From positions 58,220,001 through 58,284,000 of the forward strand of contig NW_024704743.1 of the NCBI RefSeq assembly GCF_018977255.1: 64,000 nucleotides of DNA, in the 5' to 3' direction. The translations under genes were made by a program, and so were the position numbers. The stretch is from Callorhinchus milii (Eukaryota). Shown one piece after another: positions 48,960 to 60,290 of the stretch (position 1 is its first letter; the number at the start of each line of letters is the position of its first letter). The notes beneath the pieces are model-generated. The model searched no databases, was not told the DNA's origin, and saw only the letters and a list, made by a program, of their open reading frames with translations.

Positions 48960-50573
48960 AAACCCACCACCTGCTCCCTCTCTCCTCATCTCCCAGCTCC
49001 ACCTTCTGGCCCCTCTCCTATCTGACGTCATCAACCTCCACTTGTCCACTGGTTGAGTTCCCACCCCACCTAAAAACAGCCGTCATCACCAGCATCCTGA
49101 AAAAACTTTCCCTGGACCCATCCCTCCTCTCCAGCTACCACCCCATCTCTAACCTCCCATTCCTCTCCAAGGTCCTGGAACGAGTCGTTGCGTCCCAGCT
49201 CTGCTCCTTTCTCTCTTGCCATTCCTTTTTGAATCCCTCCAATCCGGCTTCCGCGCTGCCCACCGCACGGAAACAGCTCTGGTCAAAGTCACTAATGACA
49301 TTCCGAACATCTGTGATCAGGGCTTCCTCTGCCTCCTTGTCCTCCTCGACCTCTTGCCGCCTTCAACACTGTCGACTACTCCATCCTCATACAATGCCTC
49401 TGCTCTTTATTTAATCTTCGGGGACCTGCTCTTGCCTGGTTCGATTACTATCTCTCTCACCGTCTCCACTTTGTTGCCTCTAACGGTTTCTCCTCCTGTC
49501 ACCGCATTGTCATGTCTGGTGTCCCCCAGGGCTGTCCTTGGCCCTCTCCTCTTTAATATCTACGTACTCCCCCTTGGTGACATCATCCACAGACATGGGG
49601 TCAATTTCCACATGTATGCAGATCACACCCAACTCTATCTTTCTGCCTCCGCCCTCAACTCCAGGACCACTGCTCTCCTGACAGACTTCCTGTCGGACAT
49701 CAAGTCCTGGATGAGGGCAAATTTCCTACAGTTGAATGTGAACAAGACTGAGGCCCTCCTGATTGGCTCGAGCCGGCGCCTCAGCACCTCAGGCTCTGGC
49801 AGCATCAACCTCCATGGTTGCACACTTCAACTCACCAACTCACCAGCCAGTCAGGAACCAGATGTCTTGTTCGACCCTCAACTGTCTTTTCTCCCCCACA
49901 TTCAAGCCATGAACCGCTCTGCCTTCCCTCACCTCCGTAACATTGCCCGACTCTGCCACTACCTCACCCCTCAGGCCGCTGAAACTTTTGTTCATGCCTT
50001 CATCACCTCCAGTCTCGACTATGCAAACTCCCTGCTTGTCAGCCTTCCCAACTCCTCCCTCCACAGGCTGCAGATATTCCAGAACTCTGCAGTCCGTGTC
50101 CTCTCCCGCACCAAACTCTGCGACCCCATTCTCGCCGACTCCATTGGCTCCCTGTCCTTCAGAGGATCCAGTTCAAGATCCTGGTCCTCACCTACAAAGC
50201 CCTCCATGGCCTCGCCCCACCCTACCTCTGCGACCTCTTAACCCCCTACCAACCCGCCCACTCCCTCCGCTCATCCGGCTCTGGCCTGCTCCACGTCCCC
50301 CGACCCACCCGCCCCACCATTGGCGGGAGAGCCTTCAGCCACTCTGCCCCTAACCTCTGGAATTCCATCCCCCAATCACTCCGACTCACTCCCTCCTTGG
50401 CCTCCTTCAAGTCCCGCCTCAAAAGCCTCCTCTTCGACTACCCCCCCTTCCCCTCCCCTCCCTCCTCCTCTCCTGAACCCAGCTCGGGTCTGAAATACTG
50501 TACACTGTCCAGCGCTTTGGGATGCCCTCCCGACATGAAAGGCGCTATACAAATGTAATCTTGTTGTTGTTGC
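48960..50573 (+). mobile_element. L2 LINE, 1.6-kb 5'-truncated copy with frameshifted RT ORF2
   Basis: YHPISNLPFLSKVLERVVASQL (48791-49414); QSGFRAAHRTETALVKVTND, VLGPLLFNIY, HMYADHTQLY, NFLQLNVNKTE (49216-50241); L2 tail. Confidence 0.97.
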
Positions 50574-51392
50574 TCACATGAGTCAGGGAGTGTCAGATTG
50601 AGCACCTCTAAGAGACTGTCCTCATGCATATTTTGGCAGCTCTAGAGTTACCAGTATTGGTTGTAATCTAGAAAGCTGACTGTCTCTTCCAGTCTCTTGG
50701 CTATGGAGGGGGGGTGGGGGGTGGGGGCATCTGGCTCAGAAGGAGCTGTGGAGAAATAGAAATGGAAGAAGAGATGTAAAAGCTGATTATAGAGTAACAT
50801 GTCCTCAAAAGACTAGAACAAGTATTTCATTCTTCACTTTAAAACTCCCCATAGTAAATTAAAACCAGCATTAAATATCATACCTTCCACAAGAAGGTAT
50901 CACAAGAACCACAGAATGGCTTTGGATCCAGAGACCTAAAATTCCTCCTGTTTTAAGACTTATGGAAATTTCTTAATTTCAGTTTTAATTTGGAAATGGG
51001 TAGTATAAAGAACTGGCTTTCAAATTAAGACACAGTTTAAGATTTGTTTTACCAATTTTCACAATCTTAATATTCAGAACAAAATGATCTTTGAGACTAA
51101 GTCTACGTGAAATTCCAGGACTCTGGAATTTAGTCATTTGTTATTCATTGGACGGAATAATCAAATAAAATTTTTGATGAAGATTCATTATTAAAATGTT
51201 AAATTATCTTTTCTCTCTCAGGGACTGGTCAGCTGTCGTATATTTACATTTATTCCTGGTTTATTTGTGGACTGGTTTATTAGGTGTTTCTTCAGTTGGG
51301 TGGGTGGAAATGATGCAGGATGCTGGGGAACACCAATTTACCAGTTCCGGTGGGGAATGAGATGTGGTTTTGAGCCCACAGTATGTTGAGTT

Positions 51393-51498
51393 ATAATAAT
51401 CTTTGCATTTGATTACATCTACATCTTCAAGACATCGCAAAGCGATTTACAGAATACACTGTAAAGTGAATTGACTGTATATTTTGTGGGTGAAACGT
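51393..51498 (-). mobile_element. SINE 3' tail fragment
   Basis: ATAATAATCTTTGCATTTGAT...CTGTAAAGTGAATTGACTGTAT. Confidence 0.75.
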
Positions 51499-52101
51499 TA
51501 CTGAGTTACTGATCTCAGCCACATTACTGTTCGAGGATGCTGAGTGAAAGGCCACATATCTCACTATGTGGGAGAATAAAAAAGTTGGTTGACACAGGCC
51601 ATTTTTGTCTATGTTCCAGCAGACAGCTGAAGTGTGCATTAGAGGAAGTCTGGAAATCAGTAACAAAGTCCACAAACTGGTGCTTGGATAGACCTGCAGA
51701 GATTCTAATAAAAGAAAATTAATTTTAAAAAATTGCTCACTCTATAATCTGGCATACGTCTGTCCTCTCTCTGTATCTAAAATCTCTCTTTACCTTCCTC
51801 TCTTTACCTTCCTCTTTACCTTCCTTACTACAAATCCGCAAGCTAATCTTTCTCACTCTCTGTATTTTTTTATATAAAAGTTAGTGTCCAATTATTTTTC
51901 AATTGTTTCCACCATTGGCCAGTTTAACCCTCCCATGCAGCAATGATTGAGATCAGCAGTCTCCAGGATTTGAACCAGCATCCTCTAGTGCTGTAAACAG
52001 CAACACTATCCATTAAATCATCATTTGCTTCTTAGCCCGGTTTGTTAGCCAAAGTTCTCATTAGGGGCTTGCAGGAAAGTTCTTTTCTATTAGTCATCTT
52101 A

Positions 52102-52533
52102 TCTATATAAATATAAATAGTAATATATATAGATAGTAATAATATATAATATATACATTAAATAATAAATAAAACAACAATGTCTGTCTGTGCTTCATGA
52201 AGGATCTCAATAACCAATTGATGTAGAGACATGATGTATACCTCAATCAAAAGGTCTTGCATGTGGGAGTGATATGGGTATATTTGTTTTTAGGTGTCAC
52301 CTATCATTCATGAGTTATGATCCAAAACGTATTTCAGTTTTGTGTTTTTCGCTGCAGTTGCACCTGGTGGCCACCAAGTCAAAGTGGCACTGCAGCATTG
52401 TGCGTCACAGAGCACACACGTATGTACGCACGGGCTGCAGATACACCATGTGGCCGCGCCGGCTGACGGTGGCGCTGTGGCATCCTGCTTCATAAAGGAT
52501 GCACGTATCCAAGCGGCGGCGGGAACTAAATAG
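52102..52533 (+). mobile_element. Helitron-like non-autonomous element (long form)
   Basis: A|TCTATATA start, TGTCTGTCTGTG near the 5' end, block shared with 57045-57120, GC-rich end CAAGCGGCGGCGGGAACTAAATAG (degenerate hairpin plus CTAG). Confidence 0.5.
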
Positions 52534-52859
52534 AACACACAGACGAAGCTAAGCCACGGCAACAAAAACAAAATTACACTTTTAAAGCGCCTTTCACATC
52601 AGGAGGACGTCCCAGTGATTATAAATTATACATTTATATTTATCATTATAAAGCTGCCTAAGTGAAAATCAAACCTTTCAAGGATAAGTAAAAATGCTAG
52701 ACAAAAGCGAGAGGCCCATTAAATGAAACTGAAGAACAAAAGAACAGCGCGGCTGCTCTTCAATCCTGAAAGGATTGCAACAGCGCGCCAAAATGAATTA
52801 CCCACTCAAAGAACAGCAAGGCCAAAATGAGTCCTCCCACAGGAGTCCTCCCAGATGAG

Positions 52860-52959
52860 TATAGATAAAGTTGAAATGTCTGTGTGTCGGTCTGTGTGTC
52901 AATCTACATTCCACATTGGATCCTTTGGTTGCAAGAGTAACTGCACCGAGGACAGCTAG
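52860..52959 (+). mobile_element. Helitron-like ~100-bp mini element
   Basis: Ends CAGCTAG|T; 44-nt core 43/44 identical to the 56542 copy. Confidence 0.55.
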
Positions 52960-53579
52960 TTCTCAATAAAGATAATATAAGGTTTATGTGAACCAGATCT
53001 CAGGAGAATTCTACTAGTCTATCATCTGGTCCATCTAAGTTTATTTTCCTTGTCATTGTAAACCTCAGATGACAGTAGCTAAATCTGGGAAGGATGTGTT
53101 TATTTGGTAGTTCAATGAAATAAAAGTGTTTTGGCTTTGAAGTAATAATACTCAAGTATGTATCAATGACATTGAAGGAAGCAGAAGTATGTTGAGACAT
53201 GCTGAAGAGATTAGATTGCGAGAATGTGCCATTTACTATGACAGTTATTAATGGATCTAATAGTTTTCATGATGGATGGATTGAAATGGTGTGTTTGAGC
53301 TAGCATGTGAAAAGGCAGCTAGAAATATAATCGTTGTGGCTCTTACCAACCAGCAAAATAGCCTTCAATGAGCCAATATTCTCAAAGAACAGGAAAAATA
53401 TTACAACAGAGATTCATCTAAAGCAAATTTTAATTTTCTTTACATATGATGGCAAGTATGGCCTTTGATATATTGTCCAGAATTCTAGTAAGAGGATTTA
53501 CCAATCTCTACAGCATAGCAATTTAGATGTTACAAATGTAATTAAACGTAATCACAACTGGTGATTTTCAAGAAATTAA

Positions 53580-53823
53580 TAATTATAATAATAATCCTTG
53601 TTCAGACATCTAAAAATGCAGTTTTAGCGCCTTGGGACATCTTTTCCGACATGAAAGGCGCTCTATAAATGTAATTTTGTTGTTGTTGCTGTTGTGGAGT
53701 GACTGTATATTTGTAGGTGAACAACAACAAACATCAAATTACATTAGTATAGCGCCTTTCACATCAGTAGGACGTCCTCCCAACGTGAAAGGCGTTATAC
53801 AAGTGTAATTTTGTTGTTGTTGT
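53580..53823. mobile_element. Cluster of three ultra-short L2 tails within a SINE tail remnant
   Basis: Tails at 53626-53695 (+), 53720-53778 (-) and 53769-53823 (+). Confidence 0.8.
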
Positions 53824-56541
53824 TATCCCAAAATGCTGAACGCAGTGTCAATGTTGCATACAAAATTGGAATTCAACTGGTCAGTGATGAAACGTGACAT
53901 AACTGGGACCTCCGTAAGGATCATTCATACAGATGACCTGGAGGTCTCACTAATGCACAATTATATGACTTTCTCTGCTTCAAATTTAGAATAAGCAGTA
54001 ATTGGAATTTTAAAATAAAGATATCAGTTTTTTTAATATAATAAATAGTTACAGTTTGATTTGATCAAGAATAGAACAGTATCAAATTGAGAACATTACA
54101 TTGGTCTCTATTGTCAGATAAGAAAAAAAACAATGTTTTCACCCCCTTGCACTCCCCTCACCTCAGGAACACATTGTGACCACACCTTCTGAAGATGCCA
54201 TTGGAGCTTTGGTTTGCAGGAACCGAGTGGGAAGAATCTCTTTTTCCGGTCTGCCCCTCCAGATCCTGCAGTAGATTAATTCACAGGTAGGTATCTTGTC
54301 TCAGGTCCAGCTCCCTACAATTAGAATAATTAGAACCACCATTTCAAACACTAGGTAAAGTACATTGTTGCAAGTCTTCCAATTATATCCCTTCATCCGT
54401 TATAAAGAGTTACGTTGCTACTAATGTACAGAATTCACAAGCACTATTTTAATTCCTTCCCCAAGTGAAAGCAGCCATGAATGCTTAGGCTGGATGGGCT
54501 GTCATCAACAGTGCCCAGGAATACAACAACAAAATAACATAAAATTACATTTGTAAAGCGCCAGACATACTGCAGATTTACCTGATTCAGGAACCATACT
54601 TCAGCACAGAGTGTTGACTTGAGTCTGACATTACCAAGAATGTCACCACAGAGCCAGCTCAGCTACAAGGAGACCGCCGCTTACCTCCCAACACCTTTCA
54701 GGGTGATAGTCGTGAGTTGGTATAATTTTATAGTGGGATTTTGCCTTATATATAGGATTGGCATTTTTTGATTTTTATATTTTATGATTTTGGACGGATG
54801 ATATTGATGCTTAATTTTAATTATTTTCCCCATTTTTATTATGCTTTGAAACCCAAAATGGCCAACCCCCATGTAGACAAGTTACTTCTTCCTGGACAGT
54901 GACGTGTATGCCTGCACAGGCAGCCCCTCTACAGAGCTCTATAATGGCAACACGGAGACCCAGACGTCAGCCATTTTTAGAGTCAATATCATGTTACAAA
55001 TCAGTTTTTTTAAAAAAACTAATGTTTACTGATGGGAATTAATTTAGATTGAATTGTTGAAAATCAGAAAAAAGGACAAATTCTGTTCTTTATCGATTTA
55101 AATTGAAAATCGACAAGCCTAATTTTAGTGGTAATGAAAAGATCACTGTTTTAGCAATCAGCTTTGGAAAGATCCCAGCAACCATTACAATTCTTTAAAC
55201 ATTTTCTATCCTATCTGAACTCTACCCCTAAAAACGGAAAATAAGCGATGACAAATTGTGATGCTTCTTACCTTGCTTCTCAGTGTAAATAAAGGCAGAG
55301 TCACTTACGCAAAAGAGCATTCTGAATTGTTCTGATTGCCAGCACAAGCAGAAGGCTGAATCACGCAGATTGTCATTCTAAAATGATATCCTGGAGATTT
55401 TGCTTGATTAGNAAAAAAGAACTTGAATTTCTATAGGCCTATAATGTTGAAACATCTCAGAACTCTTCACAGCAATCAGTGTCACGTGTCATGACTTTTC
55501 TTGTAGGCAAACGTGACAGGCATATTGCAAGTCATGAAGAGCTATGACGTAAATGATAAGTGTATCTGAAGCGTTGTTGGTCAAAACTTTAGGAGATACT
55601 CCCTTCTCTTAAGCTACCACTCTTGCTTAAAAAGGATGACCAAGCCCAGAGCTCTCTTCTCTCTCTCTCTTTCTCTAGGACTAAGGGAAGGAGACCTGGT
55701 GCAGAATGATGGGATCAAAGAGGCCTGGGCCACATGGCTGACCTGAGGTTTGCTGGAGGATATAGCATGGAGCTGCTTCATGTAAAATTGGTTGCAGGAT
55801 ACCAACCACCAATCCCGGTGCCTGCACCTCTCAAGGATTGTGTTGTGAAAGGAAAATGGTATGTCACTGTTTGGGATGTTGCAATTTCCCCCTATGATAA
55901 TAAACCTGCGCTGCTTGAACTGTGTCTGTCTTGGAGGGGTGGGGTGGTGTCCATGGTTACAATATATTATGAAACCACAAGATTGGTTTGGATTGAAAAG
56001 GACCTTCAGCCAATCTGATTTTATCCATCCAGAACACACACCCCATATTCTTCTCCCATCACAGGATCAACCCGTTTTACATTTTTTACAGTATATTCTG
56101 TGAAGCACTTTGAAACTTCTCAATGACATGTTTAGGCACTACATCAAATGTAAGGATTATTATTATTATGAGTCCAGCATCCTGGCTTGAACCATGCTCC
56201 CTGATAACTTTGCTTTCCGGCCCTCTTGAACTAAGGCCTCCTTTCCTCCATCCCAAAGAAAGAGAAAGAGAACTCTGAGGTTCAATCACCCCCTTCAAGC
56301 AGGAGTGATAGCCTAGACTAAGAACCTAAAGGCTTGACATGGGGCTTGAACCCACAACTTTCTGACACAGACACAGAGTGCTAAGCCAGGATGCCATCTT
56401 CTGTTATAAATACAGCAAAAAGCTCCCGTTTCATTCATTGATTACTCTCTGGATAAATTAAATCCAGTGAAGCCCTTTGACATGTCCTTCTGACGTAATA
56501 AGGGGCTATACCAAATGCAAGGATTATTATTTATAAAGAGA

Positions 56542-56630
56542 TTAGTTGTACCCATTGCAACCAAAGGATCCAATATGGAATGTAGATTGACACACAGACA
56601 GTCACACAGACAGATATTTTGTCTTTATAC
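56542..56630 (-). mobile_element. Helitron-like ~90-bp mini element
   Basis: Minus strand TATAAAGACAAAATATCTGTCTGTGTG...CAACTAA|T (CTRR end). Confidence 0.55.
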
Positions 56631-56649
56631 TCAGCTGGGAGTACTCCTT

Positions 56650-56908
56650 TAATATATTTTCTATCACAGTCTCTCACTCTCTGTCTTTCTCTCTGTCTCT
56701 CTCACTGTCTCAATCTCTCTCTCAGTCTTACTCTGTCTCTCCCACAAAACACAGTCACTTTACTGTATAGTATATTCTGTCTCAGTCTCTCTCTCAGTCT
56801 CTCTTTCTGTCTCTCTCAGTCTCTCTCATTATCTGAGTCTCTCTCTCTCTCTCAATCTCTCTCTGTCCCTCTCAGTCTCTGTCACTATTCTCAGTCGCTC
56901 TCTCTCAT
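56650..56908. repeat. Compound (TC)n / (TCTCAG)n microsatellite
   Basis: Directly visible low-complexity tract. Confidence 0.9.
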
Positions 56909-56959
56909 TTGTTGCAGAATATAGATGTATCTCTCTGAATGAGGTGTGCTTTCCTCTGT

Positions 56960-57193
56960 CGCTACGTAGTTCCAGAATATGATGTATACCTCATATTTTG
57001 GGGCTTAATGAAAGCATTTTTTAATATAGCACTTCCCCCCAAAAAAATATGCCCATGACACTACCAGATGCAAGACCTTTCCATGAGGTATAAATCAAAT
57101 CTCTACATCAATTGGTTATTGCGTGATTGTCGGATACACTGACACACAGACAGACAGACAGACAGACACTTTGTCTTTATTAATATAAGAAGA
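56960..57193 (-). mobile_element. Helitron-like non-autonomous element, 5' part
   Basis: Minus strand A|TCTTCTTATATTAATAAAGACAAAGTG(TCTG)n; homologous to 52180-52290; internal inverted repeat 56979-56994 / 57083-57098. Confidence 0.5.
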
Positions 57194-58454
57194 TACATTC
57201 TGGTTTCTGTTCCATTCTGGTGTCTATTATGCAAACTATTCCTAATTGACTCAGCAGAGTGAACTTTTTGCAACACTATAAATTTTGCTGATGATATCAA
57301 ACAAAGTGACTGCTTAAATAATATAGCATTCAAGAAGATCAGGACTGGATGAATAGATGAGAAAAAGCATTGCAGATGGATTGTAATGGAAATACATGTA
57401 TGGTGATGCATATTGCAAGGTGAAACAGTAATCCTGACTTGTAACAATGAAGGGGCATCTTCAAGACATTACCCTACATGAAGGGCGCTCTTTGAGTGCA
57501 AGTTGTTGTTAATAATAAAAATTGTTGTTGCTGTTGTTGTCTATTATCATAGGTAGATAAGGGAAAAGATCAGCAAAATGAGATCTGTGCACATGGGTTT
57601 CACTTTGCTCTTTCTCGATTAAGGCAAGGACTGAAGCTTGCAACAAAAGGTCAGAAACTAAAGCAGTCTTTTGAATTGTGATTTTTTGCAAAAAAGAAGT
57701 GTGGTGGAAATTAGTAATTAATAATTAACAAAGTACTATTTATCAACTGCTATCGACCACCAGCTAGAGGCGAGTAATTGAAGCTGCAGGGAATGTAACC
57801 ATTATAGAATACTTTAATATTCTGGATATAAAGGTGATGGAGTAAAAATAATACGAATAATATTCCTCAGATTTGATATCACAACAGCACCTTTCATATC
57901 GGGAGGACGTCCCAAAGCGTTGCACAGGAATTATTGTAAAATGTAGTGACTGTATTTTGTAGGAGAATAGAAAGACAAACATTGCAGAGAGATTTAATTC
58001 CACACTACATTTTGTTTTGCAGAGAGTATTTTTGGCACAGTGCAGTGCAGTCCTTTCAAGCACTGAGTTCATGAGTCATCCAAAAGGTATTGTGTATTTC
58101 AAGAGCAATTTGGCATCTGTAAACAATTCCCTGTCATACCAAGGATCATCGTATTTCTGAATCCTTAAAAAAATCTTTATTGTATATTTAATAATGCAAT
58201 TAATTTCTCTACAAAAGTGAAAGATTCAATTGTGAAAATTGTTAGCTTTGCAATTTCATAATCAATTTCTTAATTCCCAGTCTTTACACTTTTTTATTTC
58301 CTTTATCTTTTATGTGATTTCAATTGTCAAAGCTTGCTGGAATACAAAGGAATTATCTAAAAATAGGCAGACAGATTAAAAGTTGGCTTTCTTTTCTATT
58401 ACATAAAACCCATTGGTGAGAGGGGCGAGATTGTCTGACATTCCTAAAAGCACA

Positions 58455-58750
58455 AGAACATAAGAATTGCTATAAGGAAGACCAATGTCCATCCAGTTTG
58501 TCTTCCACCACCCTGGCAGTCACTTGATGTGGCATCGAATTTCTTTTAGAATTATACAGCACAGAAGAAGGCCATTTGGCCCATTGTGTCTGTGCTGGTT
58601 CTTTGAAAAGAGCATTTCCCAAACTATATACTGTTTCCCAAGATACTATTTCCTAATAGAAATCTATCCAATTTGTTCTTGAAACGAACAACACGTTCTG
58701 CTTCCATGGTCTAGCGAGGGAGCCTGTTCCATACATTTACTACTCATTCC
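58455..58750 (-). mobile_element. CR1 3' end fragments (two tail types)
   Basis: AAGAACATAAGAA tail; AGAATTATACAGCACAGAAGAAGGCCATTTGGCCCA; CCTGTTCCATACATT. Confidence 0.7.
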
Positions 58751-59155
58751 TCTCTGATAAGTTTATTTTTGCAAACATGGGAAAAAAATGGAAGGTGTCC
58801 ATTGTCACTATTGACACATGACAAAAAGTTGTCTTTTGACACGGTCGACTGCCCAGCTCTCTGTAAACATGACTGCAAACAGGATTCAATTCCTTTTGTG
58901 AGTAGATGTTGATTGAATAAATACATCAATGTCAACAGAAGCAGCCTGAAAGAAATCAAAGTTTAACTCAGCCCTGGTGGACTCTTAGAAATGTGGGAAG
59001 ATGTGGAATCCCCCCCAAAAAACATTTTTCAGAATGTACATGAATTGATATTTACTTTTCTTCTATTTTTGCGATGTAGATTGTTTGACAGAGAGAAGAT
59101 CATTCAAGCTCTCAATTTGCATTTCTGAGTTAAGCAGTTTGATGATTACTACTGC

Positions 59156-59402
59156 TAATAATAATCCTTACATTTTATATAGCGCTTTGTCACATCGTCT
59201 CAAAGTGCTTCACAGGATATACTGTAAAGAGGTGTGACTGTGTGTATATGGTGAGCAAATGTGGCAGCCATTGTGCACATCAATGTTCCACAAACAACCA
59301 CGGAATGAGTGATAGAGCAACAACAACAAAATTACATTTGTATAGCGCCTTTCACGTCGGGAGAATATCCCAAGGTGCTGGACAATCAGTGTTTCGGACC
59401 AC
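59156..59402 (-). mobile_element. SINE 3' fragment followed by a short L2 tail
   Basis: TAATAATAATCCTTACATTT... then CAACAACAAAATTACATTTGTATAGCGCCTTTCACGTCGGGAG. Confidence 0.8.
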
Positions 59403-59794
59403 AGCACCACCTTGCATTTATATAGCTCTGTTCTCAGATGTTAATATCTAGAAAATCCAAAATAATTTTTAATACCTTTAGTTTATTGGTATGAACACTT
59501 AAACACATGTTAACCAAGTGGTCAGAGATTTGAGCACAAGACTCAACATTCTACCTATTTTTAGCCTTTAAGACCATTTTGTCTTAAAATTAAGATCAAG
59601 ATTATGAAATATTTGTGAATTTAATCTTAATTTGGAATTTAATCTTAATTTGGAACTTTTAAAAAACAGAATGGCTTCTAAATTAGGAATATATTTATGG
59701 CACAGTGCAATTTCTTACACACAACCTCACACTGCACTTTACAGTAAATCCTGTGAAGCACTTTGAGATATCTTCCCAATGAGAAAGGCACTAG

Positions 59795-60290
59795 AGATTT
59801 GGATGAAGAAAGCTCTTTGGCCTATCCGATCTCATCCTTCCATAAAACCCACCTCCCCTATCCCTTATTAAAGTATCAACCTGCTTTTTAAATGAGTCCA
59901 GTGTCCTGGCCTCTACCACCTTTCCTGGCAGCCTGTTCCAGTTGTTAATTATAATAATAATCCTTGCATTTGATATAGCGCTTTTCACGTCGGGAGGATG
60001 TCCCAAAGCGCTTCACAGAACACACTGTAAAGTGAATTGACTGTATATTTGTGGGCGAACGCGGCTGCCAATTGCGCACAGCAAATGTCCCACAAACAGT
60101 TGTAGATTGAAAATGACCAATTTATTATTGTTTTGGGTTTTTGGAGGGATTATTATTAGGCGTGTGGAGTAAGGAAACTTGCCGAAGGTTTCGCCCTGCC
60201 TGGAAATTACCCTCTGAGTGAAGAAAAACTTCCTGGTATTTGTCCTGGAATTGCCCTGTGCAACTCTAAATCTATGTTCTCTTATGCTAT
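59795..60290 (-). mobile_element. CR1 3' end interrupted by a SINE
   Basis: Minus strand REHRFRVAQGNSRTNTRKFFFTQRVI continues after the SINE as NNWNRLPGKVVEARTLDSFKKQVD. Confidence 0.85.
59952..60204 (-). mobile_element. Young SINE (type A), 5' truncated
   Basis: Lacks the tRNA head; AATTA on both flanks (59947-59951, 60205-60209). Confidence 0.93.

Noticed and set aside
49216..50241. 341-aa ORF as a functional gene
   Set aside because: Frameshifted L2 ORF2: it drifts out of frame after LLDL, the catalytic YADD reads YADH, and the element is 5' truncated.
51205..51300. Exon after the strong acceptor TCTTTTCTCTCTCAG
   Set aside because: No convincing donor and no recognisable peptide in any frame.
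55412..55412. Ambiguous base n
   Set aside because: Sequencing or assembly ambiguity next to an A-run, not biological.
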